Shown here: positions 15,684 to 25,806 of the stretch, piece after piece
Layout: every line of letters starts with the position of its first letter
Numbering within the stretch: position 1 is the stretch's first letter
Source of the DNA: Acaryochloris marina MBIC11017
Lineage (GTDB): Bacteria; Cyanobacteriota; Cyanobacteriia; Thermosynechococcales; Thermosynechococcaceae
Direction: 5' to 3'
NCBI RefSeq assembly: GCF_000018105.1
Contig: NC_009925.1
Location: 4,770,001-4,802,000, forward strand
Length of the DNA stretch: 32,000 nt
Notes under the pieces: generated by a model
Databases searched by the model: none
Told to the model about the DNA's origin: nothing
The model's input: only the letters and a program-made list of their open reading frames with translations
Program-made: the position numbers and the translations under genes

Positions 15684-17615
15684 TTATTCCGTTTGAGGTG
15701 GATTAGACTCTACAGAAGTTTGGCTCTTCGCAAGCCGCAAATCTTCAGCAACTTGGGGATAGCCAGGATTCAAATCATAAGCCGCTTCCAAATGGGGAAT
15801 CGCTGCCGATGGTTTATTTTGCTGAAGCAACGCTTTCCCTAGCCCGTGTAGTGCCTCAACATTGATGGCATTTAGCTGAGTTGCTCGTTCAAAATCAGCA
15901 ATAGCCGCCGCCTCCTTGCCTTGCGCCAACAACGCCAACCCCCGTCCACTGTAGAACTGGTGAGTAAAAAATAAATTGCGTGGTTGTAGTTTTAGCGCTT
16001 TTTCATAGGCTGGAATCGCCTGATCGGATTTACCCTGTCGACGCAGAATATTCCCCACCGCGAAATGACCTACCGCAAAATCAGGGTCGATCTGAACTGC
16101 CTTTTGATAATGTGCGAGTGCCAAGTCATATTGTTTGAGTTCAAAGTAGAGCTGTCCGAGTACCGTCTCTAATTTCGCGTTAGGGGTTGTCTCAATTCCC
16201 ACAAAAGCCAGGGGGAAACTCACCTTTTTCAATCCTGTTTGCAACAGTTGGCGAGCTTCTTGCTTTTGACCTGCTTGGAGTAGAACCTTACCGAGGGTCA
16301 TCCGTATAAAAGGATTCTCTGGTGAGTCCTGTACAACTGGACGTAGAACCGTCAGCGCCTCCTCTACTTGACCATTACCAGCTAAAGCCCCACCCAGATT
16401 AATCACAATCATATCTGAACCAAAGGGGGCGGACTGCTCGGCCTGATTCGCCTGAAAAACATCCTGAGCTTTTCTCAGGACAACAATCGCCTCTTCCCAC
16501 CGCTCCAATGTTGTGAGTACAACCCCCATTTCATTCAGTACATGGGCGTTTTTAGGTTGTAGAGCTGCGATCTTCTGATAAGCCTCAACCGCAGGTCCTA
16601 AGCGATTGAGTTTTTTGAGCGCTTTCGCTAACCACTTATAAGCATCAGCATCTAGCTCAGCATCGGGTTTAGTCGCGTTTGAACCTAAGAACTGCCGATA
16701 TTGGGTAAACGCGCCCTCAAAATCTTGTTTTCGAATCAGGGCATCGCCCATCAGGGTATGGGTATAGACGCTTTTCGGGGAAAGTTTAAGCCGTTGGGTG
16801 TAATTGGTAATCGCTTCATCCCATCGTCTTTGCTGGGCATAATTTTGCCCCAAGACCAAATAGGCATCTGAGTATTGCGGATCGAGGGCAATGGCATTTT
16901 CTAGAAACGGTACACCCTCTTTGACCTTTTGAGTCGAGGTTAAATAGTGTCCCACCTGCAGGTAAGCCCGTGCATCAAGTTGCCTATCCGTTAACGACGC
17001 CGATTCTTTGATGAGGACTGCCTGACGGAAAGACTGGATGGCTGGGTCATATTTCTGGGCTTTGACTTGGGTTTTACCCAGGTTCCTCCAAATCGCAGCA
17101 TTTTTAGGCGTGAGCCGGGTCGCGTAATCGAAGGTTGCGATCGCACGATCCAACTCACCCACCGAAACCAAATTTTCACCTAAATCATTGTAGGCAAGCC
17201 CATCAATTTCCTTAGCAGAGAGCTGCTTCGATTCAGATTGATGATATTGACGGTAAATATTGAGGGCTTGGGTTAATTTTTGCTGTCTAATACGGACTCT
17301 AGCAATATCGAACTTGTACTGGGCATGCCAGCTTTGTAAGGTTTTCCCCCGTTCAAAAGCAGCAATCGCTTCATCATATTTTTGACAGCTTTCTAACGCC
17401 TGCCCCAGGGCGTGATATCCCCCCGCTATTTCATGTTTGGGCGTTTTTTCTAATGCCTTTTCCAGCTCTTGACGCATCCCCGCCCAATCTTGATCACATT
17501 CAGCTTCTGTCGGTTGAGGAAACTGAGGGCCACTAATCTTCAGTTGTGACTGAGACCGGCCAGGCATGGCAGATAAGGCCAAAACCAAAGCGAGTGGAAA
17601 AGCCAATCGACGCAT
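15684..17615 (-). CDS. Secreted TPR-repeat protein, paralog 1
   Basis: Signal peptide MRRLAFPLALVLALSAMPGRSQS. TPR-type units run throughout (AxxxYxxALxLxPxxxxAxxxLG). It shares CDQDWAG near the N-terminus and ...HLEAAYDLNPGYPQVAEDLRLAK at the C-terminus with the next two genes. Confidence 0.85.
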   Translation of the reverse strand: MRRLAFPLALVLALSAMPGRSQSQLKISGPQFPQPTEAECDQDWAGMRQELEKALEKTPKHEIAGGYHALGQALESCQKYDEAIAAFERGKTLQSWHAQYKFDIARVRIRQQKLTQALNIYRQYHQSESKQLSAKEIDGLAYNDLGENLVSVGELDRAIATFDYATRLTPKNAAIWRNLGKTQVKAQKYDPAIQSFRQAVLIKESASLTDRQLDARAYLQVGHYLTSTQKVKEGVPFLENAIALDPQYSDAYLVLGQNYAQQRRWDEAITNYTQRLKLSPKSVYTHTLMGDALIRKQDFEGAFTQYRQFLGSNATKPDAELDADAYKWLAKALKKLNRLGPAVEAYQKIAALQPKNAHVLNEMGVVLTTLERWEEAIVVLRKAQDVFQANQAEQSAPFGSDMIVINLGGALAGNGQVEEALTVLRPVVQDSPENPFIRMTLGKVLLQAGQKQEARQLLQTGLKKVSFPLAFVGIETTPNAKLETVLGQLYFELKQYDLALAHYQKAVQIDPDFAVGHFAVGNILRRQGKSDQAIPAYEKALKLQPRNLFFTHQFYSGRGLALLAQGKEAAAIADFERATQLNAINVEALHGLGKALLQQNKPSAAIPHLEAAYDLNPGYPQVAEDLRLAKSQTSVESNPPQTE

Positions 17616-17724
17616 ATTTTAATCCTTCGTATACAGCGGATGGGAAAGGGTTTGTATTCAACAGAGCGTTTTCCTTTTAGAAGAAGGCACCGGCATCAGA
17701 CGTTCCTCTTCAAGTAGATCGCTA

Positions 17725-19734
17725 CTATTGGCCTAAACGGCTTAATAAGCGACGCCTCCAGATGCTCGTGCGTGATCGTCTCTTCGCATTCTGTAGATCC
17801 TTGAGCACTTGAGGATGGCGAGGATTCATATCATAGGCTGTTTCTAGATGTTCAATCGCAGCCAACGGTTTATTATTCCGCAGCAAGGCTTTCCCTAACC
17901 CATGAGCAACCTCAACATCGAACGATCCAAGCTGGATTAACCGCTCCAAATCGGTAATGGCTGCATTAACTTTGCCTTGGGCCAGCAATGTGAGTCCTCG
18001 CCCCCGGTAAAACTGTTGGATAACCGATAAATCATGGGGCTTGAGCTGCACGGCTTTGTCAAATGCCAGAATCGCTTGCGCATATTGGCCTTGTCGGCGT
18101 AATGCCTCTCCAGCAGCCTGGTAACTCAAGGCGAATTTAGGCTCTAAACGAACCGCTTGCTGATAATGCTTGAGAGCCATATCATCTCGTTTCAGGTCGC
18201 TATAGATCTGGCCTTGGAGCATTTCCAGTTTGACTGCTGGGGTCGTATCCATATTCGCCACTTTCAGGTAAAAGTGATCTTGTTGGAGCCCCGTTTGCAA
18301 AATCTGGCGGGCTTCCCAAACCTTCCCCACCTGCATTAGCACTTTACTCAGGGAATATTTCACTTCACTGCTTATGGAATCTGCTTTAAGGCTTTGTTGA
18401 GCTTGTCGCAAAACCTGAAGCGCTTCTGTGGTAAGCCCCCTTTTTGCCAACGCCTCTCCCAGATGAACTGAGATAGTTTCAGCTTTGAACGAGGCTGTTT
18501 CCTCCGATTGGCCTGAGTTCACCAGATCTTGGGCCTGCTGAAAAACGTCAATGGCCTGATCCCAGCGTTCCAATTGACTCAGCACTTTTCCCATCTCATA
18601 AAGCACCTTGGCATCTTGGGGGTTTAAGGTTGCCAATTGCTCATAGGTTTTCACCGCAGCGTCTAATCGATTATGGTTTTTCTGGGCTTTAGCTAACCAC
18701 AAATAAGTCTGTGTATCCAGCTCAGCATCGTCAGTAGGAGAAGAATCTGGGCCTAAGAATTTTCGGTAATGGGTAAAAGCCTTCTCAGCGTCTCCTTTAC
18801 GGACCAATAGATTTCCCATTAAGAGATGGCTAGGACCATCCGTTGGAGAGAGTTTTAGCCTTTGAGTATAGCTGGCAATGGCTTCCTTCCACCGTCTTTG
18901 CTGGGTATAGCTGTGCCCTAAAACGAAATAAGCATCTGACAATTGAGGATCCAGTGCGATCGCTTTCTGCAATACGGGGATACTTTGCACCTCATCTATG
19001 GCAGTTAGAACGTTACCCATGTGGAGATAGGCACGGGCATTCAGTTGCTTTGCGGTTAAGTCAGTCGATTCCTGCAATTCAACCCTGCGGCGAAACGCTT
19101 TCTGGGCTGAAGAAAATTGCTGAGCGTGTAAATGAGCTTGGCCCAAGGTCTGCCAAATTTTTCCATTGTTGGGCGCCAGCTGGGTGGCCTGCTTTAAAGT
19201 TGCGATGGTCTTCGACCGGCCTTCGGCCATCGCACCCTCAACGTTCTCCAACGCCATCAAGACTTCCCCCAAACTTTGATGAGCAAGGGCATCAATCTCT
19301 TGCTCTGAAGGAGTCTTCGCCCCAGGCTGCTGGTGAGCTAGTATCTCAGCCTGTGACTGATGGAATTGACGATAGATATCGAGGGCTTGACTCAGTTTTT
19401 GCTGCTTAACCAGAACCCTTGCCGTACCCAAGCTATAGGGAGAGTTCCGTAAGCCTCGCTCTTGATCATATACATCAATTGCTTCCTCAAATTTATTGCA
19501 CCGCTCCAATGTCCCCCCTAGATTGGAATATCTTCCTTCAAGGACAAGGGGAGGTGTATTGGCTGGTGCTTGTTCCAATGCTTGTTTCAATCCAGCCCAA
19601 TCTTGATCACAAGCCACTTGAGGTAGTGGCGGCAATTTAGGTGTTCTTGCTTGCAACTCAAACTGGGGCATCGCCTGAGTCGGCAGCGCAGACAGGGCTA
19701 GACCTAATGTGATAGGAAGTGTTAATCGATGCAT
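17725..19734 (-). CDS. Secreted TPR-repeat protein, paralog 2
   Basis: The start is moved to the internal ATG (19734), giving MHRLTLPITLGLALSALPTQA, which is homologous to the paralog signal peptides. The track start (19866) would overlap the upstream gene. Confidence 0.8.
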   Translation of the reverse strand: MHRLTLPITLGLALSALPTQAMPQFELQARTPKLPPLPQVACDQDWAGLKQALEQAPANTPPLVLEGRYSNLGGTLERCNKFEEAIDVYDQERGLRNSPYSLGTARVLVKQQKLSQALDIYRQFHQSQAEILAHQQPGAKTPSEQEIDALAHQSLGEVLMALENVEGAMAEGRSKTIATLKQATQLAPNNGKIWQTLGQAHLHAQQFSSAQKAFRRRVELQESTDLTAKQLNARAYLHMGNVLTAIDEVQSIPVLQKAIALDPQLSDAYFVLGHSYTQQRRWKEAIASYTQRLKLSPTDGPSHLLMGNLLVRKGDAEKAFTHYRKFLGPDSSPTDDAELDTQTYLWLAKAQKNHNRLDAAVKTYEQLATLNPQDAKVLYEMGKVLSQLERWDQAIDVFQQAQDLVNSGQSEETASFKAETISVHLGEALAKRGLTTEALQVLRQAQQSLKADSISSEVKYSLSKVLMQVGKVWEARQILQTGLQQDHFYLKVANMDTTPAVKLEMLQGQIYSDLKRDDMALKHYQQAVRLEPKFALSYQAAGEALRRQGQYAQAILAFDKAVQLKPHDLSVIQQFYRGRGLTLLAQGKVNAAITDLERLIQLGSFDVEVAHGLGKALLRNNKPLAAIEHLETAYDMNPRHPQVLKDLQNAKRRSRTSIWRRRLLSRLGQ

Positions 19735-19795
19735 CTTGTATTTAGTCCATTTCGTAGAGTTTGTGGCGGCGTGATTTATGGTGTTGTAGCAGCCG

Positions 19796-21712
19796 CTAAG
19801 CGTTAAGTTGATCCTTTGCCTTTTGCAAATCCTCGGATAAACCAGGATGTCGAGGATTGAGTTCAAAGGCGGTTTGCAGATGCTGGATCGCTTTAGCGCT
19901 TTGCTGCTGGGTTAACAGTGCTTTACCCAGACCATAGTGAGCTGCACTATTTTGAGGATTTAACCGAATAGCTTGTTTGAATGCAGAAATCGCTGTTTCT
20001 ACCTGCTTTCTCTCGAATAAGGACCAACCCAAGCCGTTATAGGTCTTGTGAGTAACATCCAAACTGTAGGATCTCAGCCTCAACGACGTTTGATAAGCTT
20101 CGATCGCTTGATCAAAGTGCCCCAACTGACGTAAGACATCGCCGCGATGATAGTGAGCCAACGGAAACTTCGGCTCTAACTGAAGAGCTTCGTCATAGTG
20201 CTGCAATGCCTTGTCATATTGCTGGAGTTCAAAATAAATTTCGCCATGCTTGGCAATCAGGCGAGCCTCATTAGAAATGGGAGGATCAGCATATTCAAAT
20301 TGAGTCTTTGTGGGATAAACGCTTTGCAATATTTTGCGAGCTTCCTGATGATGCCCCACTTGCGACAGTACTTTGCTGAGGGTCGTTATCGTCAATGGTC
20401 CTGTTAGAGAGTTGGCTTGAGCTTGGCGGAGGATGCGAAGGGCGTCGTGTGGGCGGCCATGCTTCGCAAGGGTATCAGCCAACAGACTAGTTACCCTCTC
20501 TGGCATTGCATAGGAACTCCCGATAAAGAGGGGCGTTTTTGGCGTCGGTCGGTTTATCAACTTATGGGCTTGTTTTAAGTAAACGATCGCTTCATCCAAA
20601 CGTCCTAGCTCTGATAGATAAGCGCCGAGTTGGGCATGAGTCCCAATATCCTCAGGCGTTAAGGCAAGAGCTTGCTGATAAGCCTTCACCGCATCAGCCG
20701 GTTTATGCTGATATCGGAGGGTCCCAGCTAACAGGACATAAGCCGCACTATCAATAGCTAGCCCTTTTCTCACTTCACGCTGATCAAGCTGAATCAAAGT
20801 CCGAAAATGGGAGAAAGCGTTGCCCAAATCACCTTTACGCACCAGTAGAGATCCCATATTCTGATGCACCACCGTATTATCGGGAGATAGCTCCAGGAAA
20901 CGACGATAGGTAGCAAGGGCTAAATCCCATTGCTTGTCCTCAAAATAGTGCTCTCCCAAAATAAAATAGGCACCCTCAAGATCAGGGTCCAATTCAATAG
21001 ACTTTTTCAGAAAAACAGCCCGTTGTGGAGATGGGTTATCAATATTGCTTGCAACGCGGTAATAAGCACGGGCATCTAATTGCTGTTCGGTCAGTGAGGT
21101 GGAGTCTCGAAGTTCTTCGACTTGCCGGAATGCTGTGAATGCCTGTTGATAACGCTTTTGCTGAATGTAAACCCTACCCAGGTTGTACCAACGCATATCG
21201 TTTTGAGCATTGATTTGGATGGCGTATCGATACATTGCGATCGCACGATCCAAGTTACCCTCCTGGACCAAGGCTTCAGCCAAAGCATCATAGGTCAGTG
21301 CCTCCAGCTCTAAGGCAGATCCTTTGGTATTTCCCGCAATCAACTGACCTTGTCGATAGACACTAAGTGCTTGAGTAAACTTTTGCTGTTTAACGAGAAT
21401 TTTGGCAATCTGGTATGTGCTGTGGGAAGAAGCGTGAAAGGTCTGTCCTCGTCGGTAAGCAGACAGTGCAGCATCTAACTGTTTGCACTTTTGTAAGTTA
21501 TGTCCCAAAAGCTGGTAACCATCTGCAACATGGCGTTTGTCAATGGTTAATGCAGCTTTTTCCAACTGTTGCTTAATAGCATCCCAGTTCTGATTACAAG
21601 TGGCAGGAGTTGAATGTCTAATGGGTTTTTGATCTGGAAGCTGTGCCCAAACTTGATAAGGCATTGACGAGAGACCCAGACCTATCAGTAGCGCGAGAGA
21701 TAAGCGGCGCAT
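19796..21712 (-). CDS. Secreted TPR-repeat protein, paralog 3
   Basis: The start is moved to ATG 21712, giving MRRLSLALLIGLGLSSMPYQVWA. CNQNWDA and HLQTAFELNPRHPGLSEDLQKAK are colinear with paralogs 1 and 2. Confidence 0.8.
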   Translation of the reverse strand: MRRLSLALLIGLGLSSMPYQVWAQLPDQKPIRHSTPATCNQNWDAIKQQLEKAALTIDKRHVADGYQLLGHNLQKCKQLDAALSAYRRGQTFHASSHSTYQIAKILVKQQKFTQALSVYRQGQLIAGNTKGSALELEALTYDALAEALVQEGNLDRAIAMYRYAIQINAQNDMRWYNLGRVYIQQKRYQQAFTAFRQVEELRDSTSLTEQQLDARAYYRVASNIDNPSPQRAVFLKKSIELDPDLEGAYFILGEHYFEDKQWDLALATYRRFLELSPDNTVVHQNMGSLLVRKGDLGNAFSHFRTLIQLDQREVRKGLAIDSAAYVLLAGTLRYQHKPADAVKAYQQALALTPEDIGTHAQLGAYLSELGRLDEAIVYLKQAHKLINRPTPKTPLFIGSSYAMPERVTSLLADTLAKHGRPHDALRILRQAQANSLTGPLTITTLSKVLSQVGHHQEARKILQSVYPTKTQFEYADPPISNEARLIAKHGEIYFELQQYDKALQHYDEALQLEPKFPLAHYHRGDVLRQLGHFDQAIEAYQTSLRLRSYSLDVTHKTYNGLGWSLFERKQVETAISAFKQAIRLNPQNSAAHYGLGKALLTQQQSAKAIQHLQTAFELNPRHPGLSEDLQKAKDQLNA

Positions 21713-22134
21713 GCAGTAATGTCCTTCTATAGTTGATAGCCAGTCGTGAGGAGCTTCGGTATTGGTCATCATCATTGAAAAGACGATCTAACCTGATGCC
21801 TTTTCAACCAATCCGAAATACGTTATGCAGATATAACTGGAATCATAGGAGTTTCCCTCACCACAAAACATGAGAGATATCACCCCCGCTAGTGGACTCG
21901 ATCACAGACACTCTGCAATCGCTCAGGCACTCTAACCCCAACCGGCCAAGCCATAAGCGTCACCCTAACTATCCAAAACCCATGGGGCGATGCCACAGAT
22001 ACACAGCCACCCTGTCCAAGTGAGGTGCAGCGAGTCACAGTTAGCTTATCTCTGCTGTGGTCGTTGGGTATAGATAACCCCATTTTCTGCTCTCAACGGA
22101 TGGCTGGAGCGTCAAAAATGGGGGAATGCTGGAG

Positions 22135-22623
22135 CTATTCTTTTTTCTTAGGTATAAAAGGCTGTGTAGCTTCAATGTCTACAAAGTAGGCATCATCACC
22201 ATCTCGAATAATCCGTTTGCCCAAGCGAGGGAATTCACCAATTTCAGCATGCCTGTGTTCACCCCCCATCAGATAAACCAAATCCTCTTCAAACGGATTG
22301 CGAAGATGATGGGCCACAGAAGGGGTTGGAAAGCCCATAAAGTCTCCAGGACCCACTTCATATTCTTGATCTTCAATTTCGGCAATACCCCGCCCCGACA
22401 GGATATAGACAAACTCCTCCTCATGGTGGTGGGCATGATAAATAAACGATTCTTTGCCCGGTGGTACCCGACTAAGCCGCAGGACCGCTCGTTCCAAGCC
22501 GACCTTTGCTCCTAAATCTCGCAGATGAATTTCGGAATTAGGGTTTAGGGGGTGCTGAAAGGCAAACTCTGGGGTTTGTTCAATAGCATCTGCGCGCAGA
22601 AGATAAGGATTGGTTTCAGTCAT
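22135..22623 (-). CDS. Cupin domain protein
   Basis: GKESFIYHAHHHEEEFVYILSGRGIAEIEDQEYEVGPGDFMGFPTPSVAHHL shows the cupin motifs G.....H.H...E and G.....P....H. Confidence 0.65.
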   Translation of the reverse strand: MTETNPYLLRADAIEQTPEFAFQHPLNPNSEIHLRDLGAKVGLERAVLRLSRVPPGKESFIYHAHHHEEEFVYILSGRGIAEIEDQEYEVGPGDFMGFPTPSVAHHLRNPFEEDLVYLMGGEHRHAEIGEFPRLGKRIIRDGDDAYFVDIEATQPFIPKKKE

Positions 22624-22677
22624 TTCAGTCTTCCTTTGAAACTTGAGCGTTACACAATAAATTCAGCGCTAAACCAG

Positions 22678-23343
22678 CTATCTAGAAATAGGCTGGCCGC
22701 GCTCAGAGGCTTGAATAATTTCAGATTCGGTTGCTCCTGCCTGCAGCCATTCCTGCATATGCGGATTCTCGAAGATCGTGTGGATATAGTCCTGGGCGAT
22801 CTGGGGTAAAGACACCCCATAGGTTACGAATCGAGACGCGACAGGGGCATACATAGCATCGGCAACCGAAAATTCCCCAAATAGCCAAGGCCCTGCTTCC
22901 CCATAGGTTTGACGGCAAGATTGCCAAACCGAGAGAATCCGTTCAATATTGGTTTGGCAGACTGCAGAAGGCTCCACCCCTGTCCGCCGTGCCCGACAAT
23001 TCATCGGCATTTCAGATCGCAACGCCATAAAACCGGAATGCATTTCTGCCGCAACAGCCCGAGCTTGAGCCCGGATTGCTGGCGGTTGAGGCCAACCCTG
23101 TTGATGGGTCTCTGCCCCATATTCACAAATTGCCAGGGAATCCCAAATCGTTCCCTCATCTGTGATCAGGACAGGAACCAGTCCTGAAGGAGAATAGTTT
23201 GCCAGTTGCGATCTCGTTTTATCCGTAAACAAAGGCACCCGAACTTCCTGGAAGGGAACGCCTACCTGCTTTAGGAAAAGCCAAGCTCGTAACGACCATG
23301 AGGAATAGTTTTTATTGCCAATCACTAACGTTAGATCTGTCAT
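22678..23343 (-). CDS. Glutathione S-transferase family protein
   Basis: MTDLTLVIGNKNYSSWSLRAWLFLKQVGVPFQEVRV...LVPVL is the GST N-terminal thioredoxin-like pattern. ATG 23343 has GGAGG 5 nt upstream; the track start at 23355 is a TTG. Confidence 0.7.
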   Translation of the reverse strand: MTDLTLVIGNKNYSSWSLRAWLFLKQVGVPFQEVRVPLFTDKTRSQLANYSPSGLVPVLITDEGTIWDSLAICEYGAETHQQGWPQPPAIRAQARAVAAEMHSGFMALRSEMPMNCRARRTGVEPSAVCQTNIERILSVWQSCRQTYGEAGPWLFGEFSVADAMYAPVASRFVTYGVSLPQIAQDYIHTIFENPHMQEWLQAGATESEIIQASERGQPISR

Positions 23344-23435
23344 GGTGACCTCCAAAATGGTGAGGGTTTTGCCTAGGTCTAAAGGATTCAGCGGTTCTGC
23401 AATGCAATGGTGCTTCGTTGTATTGAGGGGGCTTG

Positions 23436-24563
23436 CTAAGACAGCAATCGCATTTGTTCATCGGGGGGCTGATATCCCAGATGAGTCCAGGCTGCAGGCG
23501 TCGCCACTCGGCCCCTAGGCGTGCGGTTCAGATAGCCAATCTGCATCAGATAGGGTTCATAGACCTCTTCAATGGTCTGAGAGTCTTCCCCTGTCGCCGC
23601 TGCTAAGGTATCCACGCCCACCGGACCACCGTTATATTGCTCAATCATCACTGTCAGTAGCCGCCGATCCGTCCAGTCCAAGCCACAGGGATCGACATTA
23701 AATAGCTCTAGGGCTTCCTGGGCAATCGTTTGGGTAATCTCCCCTGAATGCTTGACCTCCGCATAATCCCGCACCCGTTTCAGCAAGCGGTTGGCAATCC
23801 GAGGCGTCCCCCTGGACCGCCGGGCCACTTCCTCTGCCGCATCTGAAGTGATTTTGGCCTTGAGGATATCTGCGGTTCGCAACACAATTTGCCCCAGCTC
23901 ATCGGCTTCATAAAAACGCAACCGTTGGACAAAGCCAAAGCGATCTCTCAAGGGCGACGTCAATGCTCCCACCCGCGTAGTTGCACCGACTAGGGTAAAA
24001 GGCTTTAAAGGCAAACTGCGAATCCGTGCAGACTGCCCTTTCCCAATCGTGATATCAAGCCGAAAATCTTCCATCGCCGGATACAATAGCTCTTCCGTCA
24101 TCCTCGACAGCCGATGAATTTCATCGATAAATAAGATATCCCGAGGTTGTAAGTTAACCAGCAAACCAACAATATCCCGGGGACGTTCTAGGGCGGGCGC
24201 ACTGGTGACTTTACAATTCACCCCTAACTCAGCTGCCAAAATCAAAGAAATCGTCGTTTTTCCCAGCCCTGGGGGGCCATAGAGAAGGAGATGGTCCAGA
24301 GCCTCTTGCCGGGATTTCGTGGCCTGGATGGCAATATCCAAAACCTCTTTCAGTTCTCGCTGGCCAATATATTCGTCAAACCGCTGGGGTCTGAGCTTAT
24401 CATCTTGCTTACCAACGAATTCTTCTTGCACCGCTTCCGGTTGCAACAATGCATCCGTCTGTTGGGGCTTAGAGTGCTCGACAGACTTCTTGACGGATTT
24501 TGCCTGAGAGGGCTTTTTCGACCCATCCGGTTGAGGAGATTGCTTAGAGGAGACAATGGCCAT
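23436..24563 (-). CDS. ruvB: Holliday junction branch migration helicase RuvB
   Basis: [59 protein letters not shown]...LFIDEIHRL...[17 protein letters not shown]. Start options are 24587 (TTG), 24578/24575 (ATG) and 24563 (ATG with GGAGG 5 nt upstream, which I prefer). Confidence 0.95.
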   Translation of the reverse strand: MAIVSSKQSPQPDGSKKPSQAKSVKKSVEHSKPQQTDALLQPEAVQEEFVGKQDDKLRPQRFDEYIGQRELKEVLDIAIQATKSRQEALDHLLLYGPPGLGKTTISLILAAELGVNCKVTSAPALERPRDIVGLLVNLQPRDILFIDEIHRLSRMTEELLYPAMEDFRLDITIGKGQSARIRSLPLKPFTLVGATTRVGALTSPLRDRFGFVQRLRFYEADELGQIVLRTADILKAKITSDAAEEVARRSRGTPRIANRLLKRVRDYAEVKHSGEITQTIAQEALELFNVDPCGLDWTDRRLLTVMIEQYNGGPVGVDTLAAATGEDSQTIEEVYEPYLMQIGYLNRTPRGRVATPAAWTHLGYQPPDEQMRLLS

Positions 24564-24621
24564 AATAGCCTCCATCATAGCGGCCAAAGGCAGTGGGTGG
24601 GAGATCCCCCCAAATCCCCCA

Positions 24622-25806
24622 CTATCCTTTAACGCAGACCACTTGCTTCAGGGTGGCGACCACCTCTACCAAGTCAGACTGATTCGCCATCACTTCTTCA
24701 ATCGGCTTGTAGGCCCCTGGAATTTCATCCAGAATTCCCTTGTCCTTGCGGCACTCCACCCCTTGGGTTTGTTCAATCAAATCATCCAGGGTAAAGTGCT
24801 TTTTCGCCTTGGTTCGAGACATGGTCCGCCCCGCTCCGTGGCTACAAGAGCAATAGCTTTCCAGATTCCCCTTGCCTTTGACAATATAGGACTTCGCGCC
24901 CATGGAACCGGGAATGATGCCGTAGTCTTCTTGGCGAGCCCGGACCGCACCTTTACGGGTGACATAGACCTGCTCTCCATAGTGCATCTCTTGCTCCGCA
25001 TAGTTGTGATGACAGTTAACGGATAGCACCGGCTTGGTGGGTTTGCCCCCAGCCAAATGCTTCTCCACAATCCGCTTAAAGCGGGCCATCATCACCTCTC
25101 GGTTATAGCGGGCGTAGTCCTGGGCCCACTGCAAATCCCGCCAATAGGCAGCAAACTCAGAGGTGCCCGCTACAAAGTAGGCCAAATCTAGATCCGGCAA
25201 TTTCATCTCAGCCAGCTTGGCTAGCTCCTTTGCCGTTCTGATATGGTTTTGAGCCAACATATTGCCGATATTGCGGGAGCCGGAATGCAGCATTAGCCAC
25301 ACCTGATCATCAGAATCCACGCAGACTTCAATAAAGTGGTTGCCCCCTCCCAAAGAGCCCATTTGGCGCAAGGCTTTCTTTTCCAGGTGCTGTACCCCGG
25401 TATGGAGATGCTTAAAGTCCTGCCAGCGCTGCCAGTTGTAGACCGACTTATCCGCTTCGTCGTTTTGGTTGAAGCCCACCGGAATCGTAGCCTCAATATC
25501 TAAGCGGATTTGCTTAAGGACTTTGCTATCCAGTTGATCGGCGGTGAAAGGCGTTTGCATCGCTCCCATGCCACAACCAATATCAACGCCAACGGCTGCT
25601 GGAATCACCGCATCCTTCGTAGCGACAACCGAGCCCACCAAGGCCCCTTTGCCCAGATGCACGTCTGGCATCAAGGCCACATGCTTATAGACAAACGGTA
25701 GGGAAGCCACATTCTTTGCCATTTGGGTTTCTGCTGGCCCCAAATCATGATTTGCCCAAGACAGGACAGACTTTGGTGCTGACAGCTTCAGTTGTTGGTA
25801 AGACAT
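24622..25806 (-). CDS. rtcB: RNA 3'-phosphate ligase RtcB
   Basis: PDVHLGKG...VGVDIGCGM...[10 protein letters not shown]...[10 protein letters not shown]...NCHHNY...[12 protein letters not shown]...SCSHGAGR are the conserved RtcB metal and GTP-binding motifs. Confidence 0.95.
   Translation of the reverse strand: MSYQQLKLSAPKSVLSWANHDLGPAETQMAKNVASLPFVYKHVALMPDVHLGKGALVGSVVATKDAVIPAAVGVDIGCGMGAMQTPFTADQLDSKVLKQIRLDIEATIPVGFNQNDEADKSVYNWQRWQDFKHLHTGVQHLEKKALRQMGSLGGGNHFIEVCVDSDDQVWLMLHSGSRNIGNMLAQNHIRTAKELAKLAEMKLPDLDLAYFVAGTSEFAAYWRDLQWAQDYARYNREVMMARFKRIVEKHLAGGKPTKPVLSVNCHHNYAEQEMHYGEQVYVTRKGAVRARQEDYGIIPGSMGAKSYIVKGKGNLESYCSCSHGAGRTMSRTKAKKHFTLDDLIEQTQGVECRKDKGILDEIPGAYKPIEEVMANQSDLVEVVATLKQVVCVKG

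Noticed and set aside
18843-19409. 188-aa plus-strand ORF, plus other antisense ORFs inside the TPR genes, rtcB (24556-25026), ruvB (24291-24632), cupin (22126-22515) and the binding protein (6979-7344)
   Set aside because: All lie fully inside well-supported genes on the opposite strand and lack recognisable domains.
19735-19866. N-terminal extension of TPR paralog 2 overlapping paralog 3, and the 21-aa extension of paralog 3 (21713-21775)
   Set aside because: Internal ATGs at 19734 and 21712 give signal peptides homologous to that of paralog 1 and remove the overlap. The extensions have no similarity among the paralogs.
21880-21960. tRNA-like fragment (minus strand ...gtgatcgagtccactagcggggg, reminiscent of a T-loop GTTCGAGTCC)
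   Set aside because: I could not build a T-stem, acceptor stem or anticodon arm around it, and T54 is replaced. It is not a tRNA or a tmRNA end.
24588-24621. Possible second copy of the DUF559-cassette inverted repeat between rtcB and ruvB
   Set aside because: Only a 16-nt core matches (15/16). The rest of the 34-bp arm is absent, so this is at most a related short repeat or an rtcB 3' hairpin (agtggg...cccact), not a second element end.
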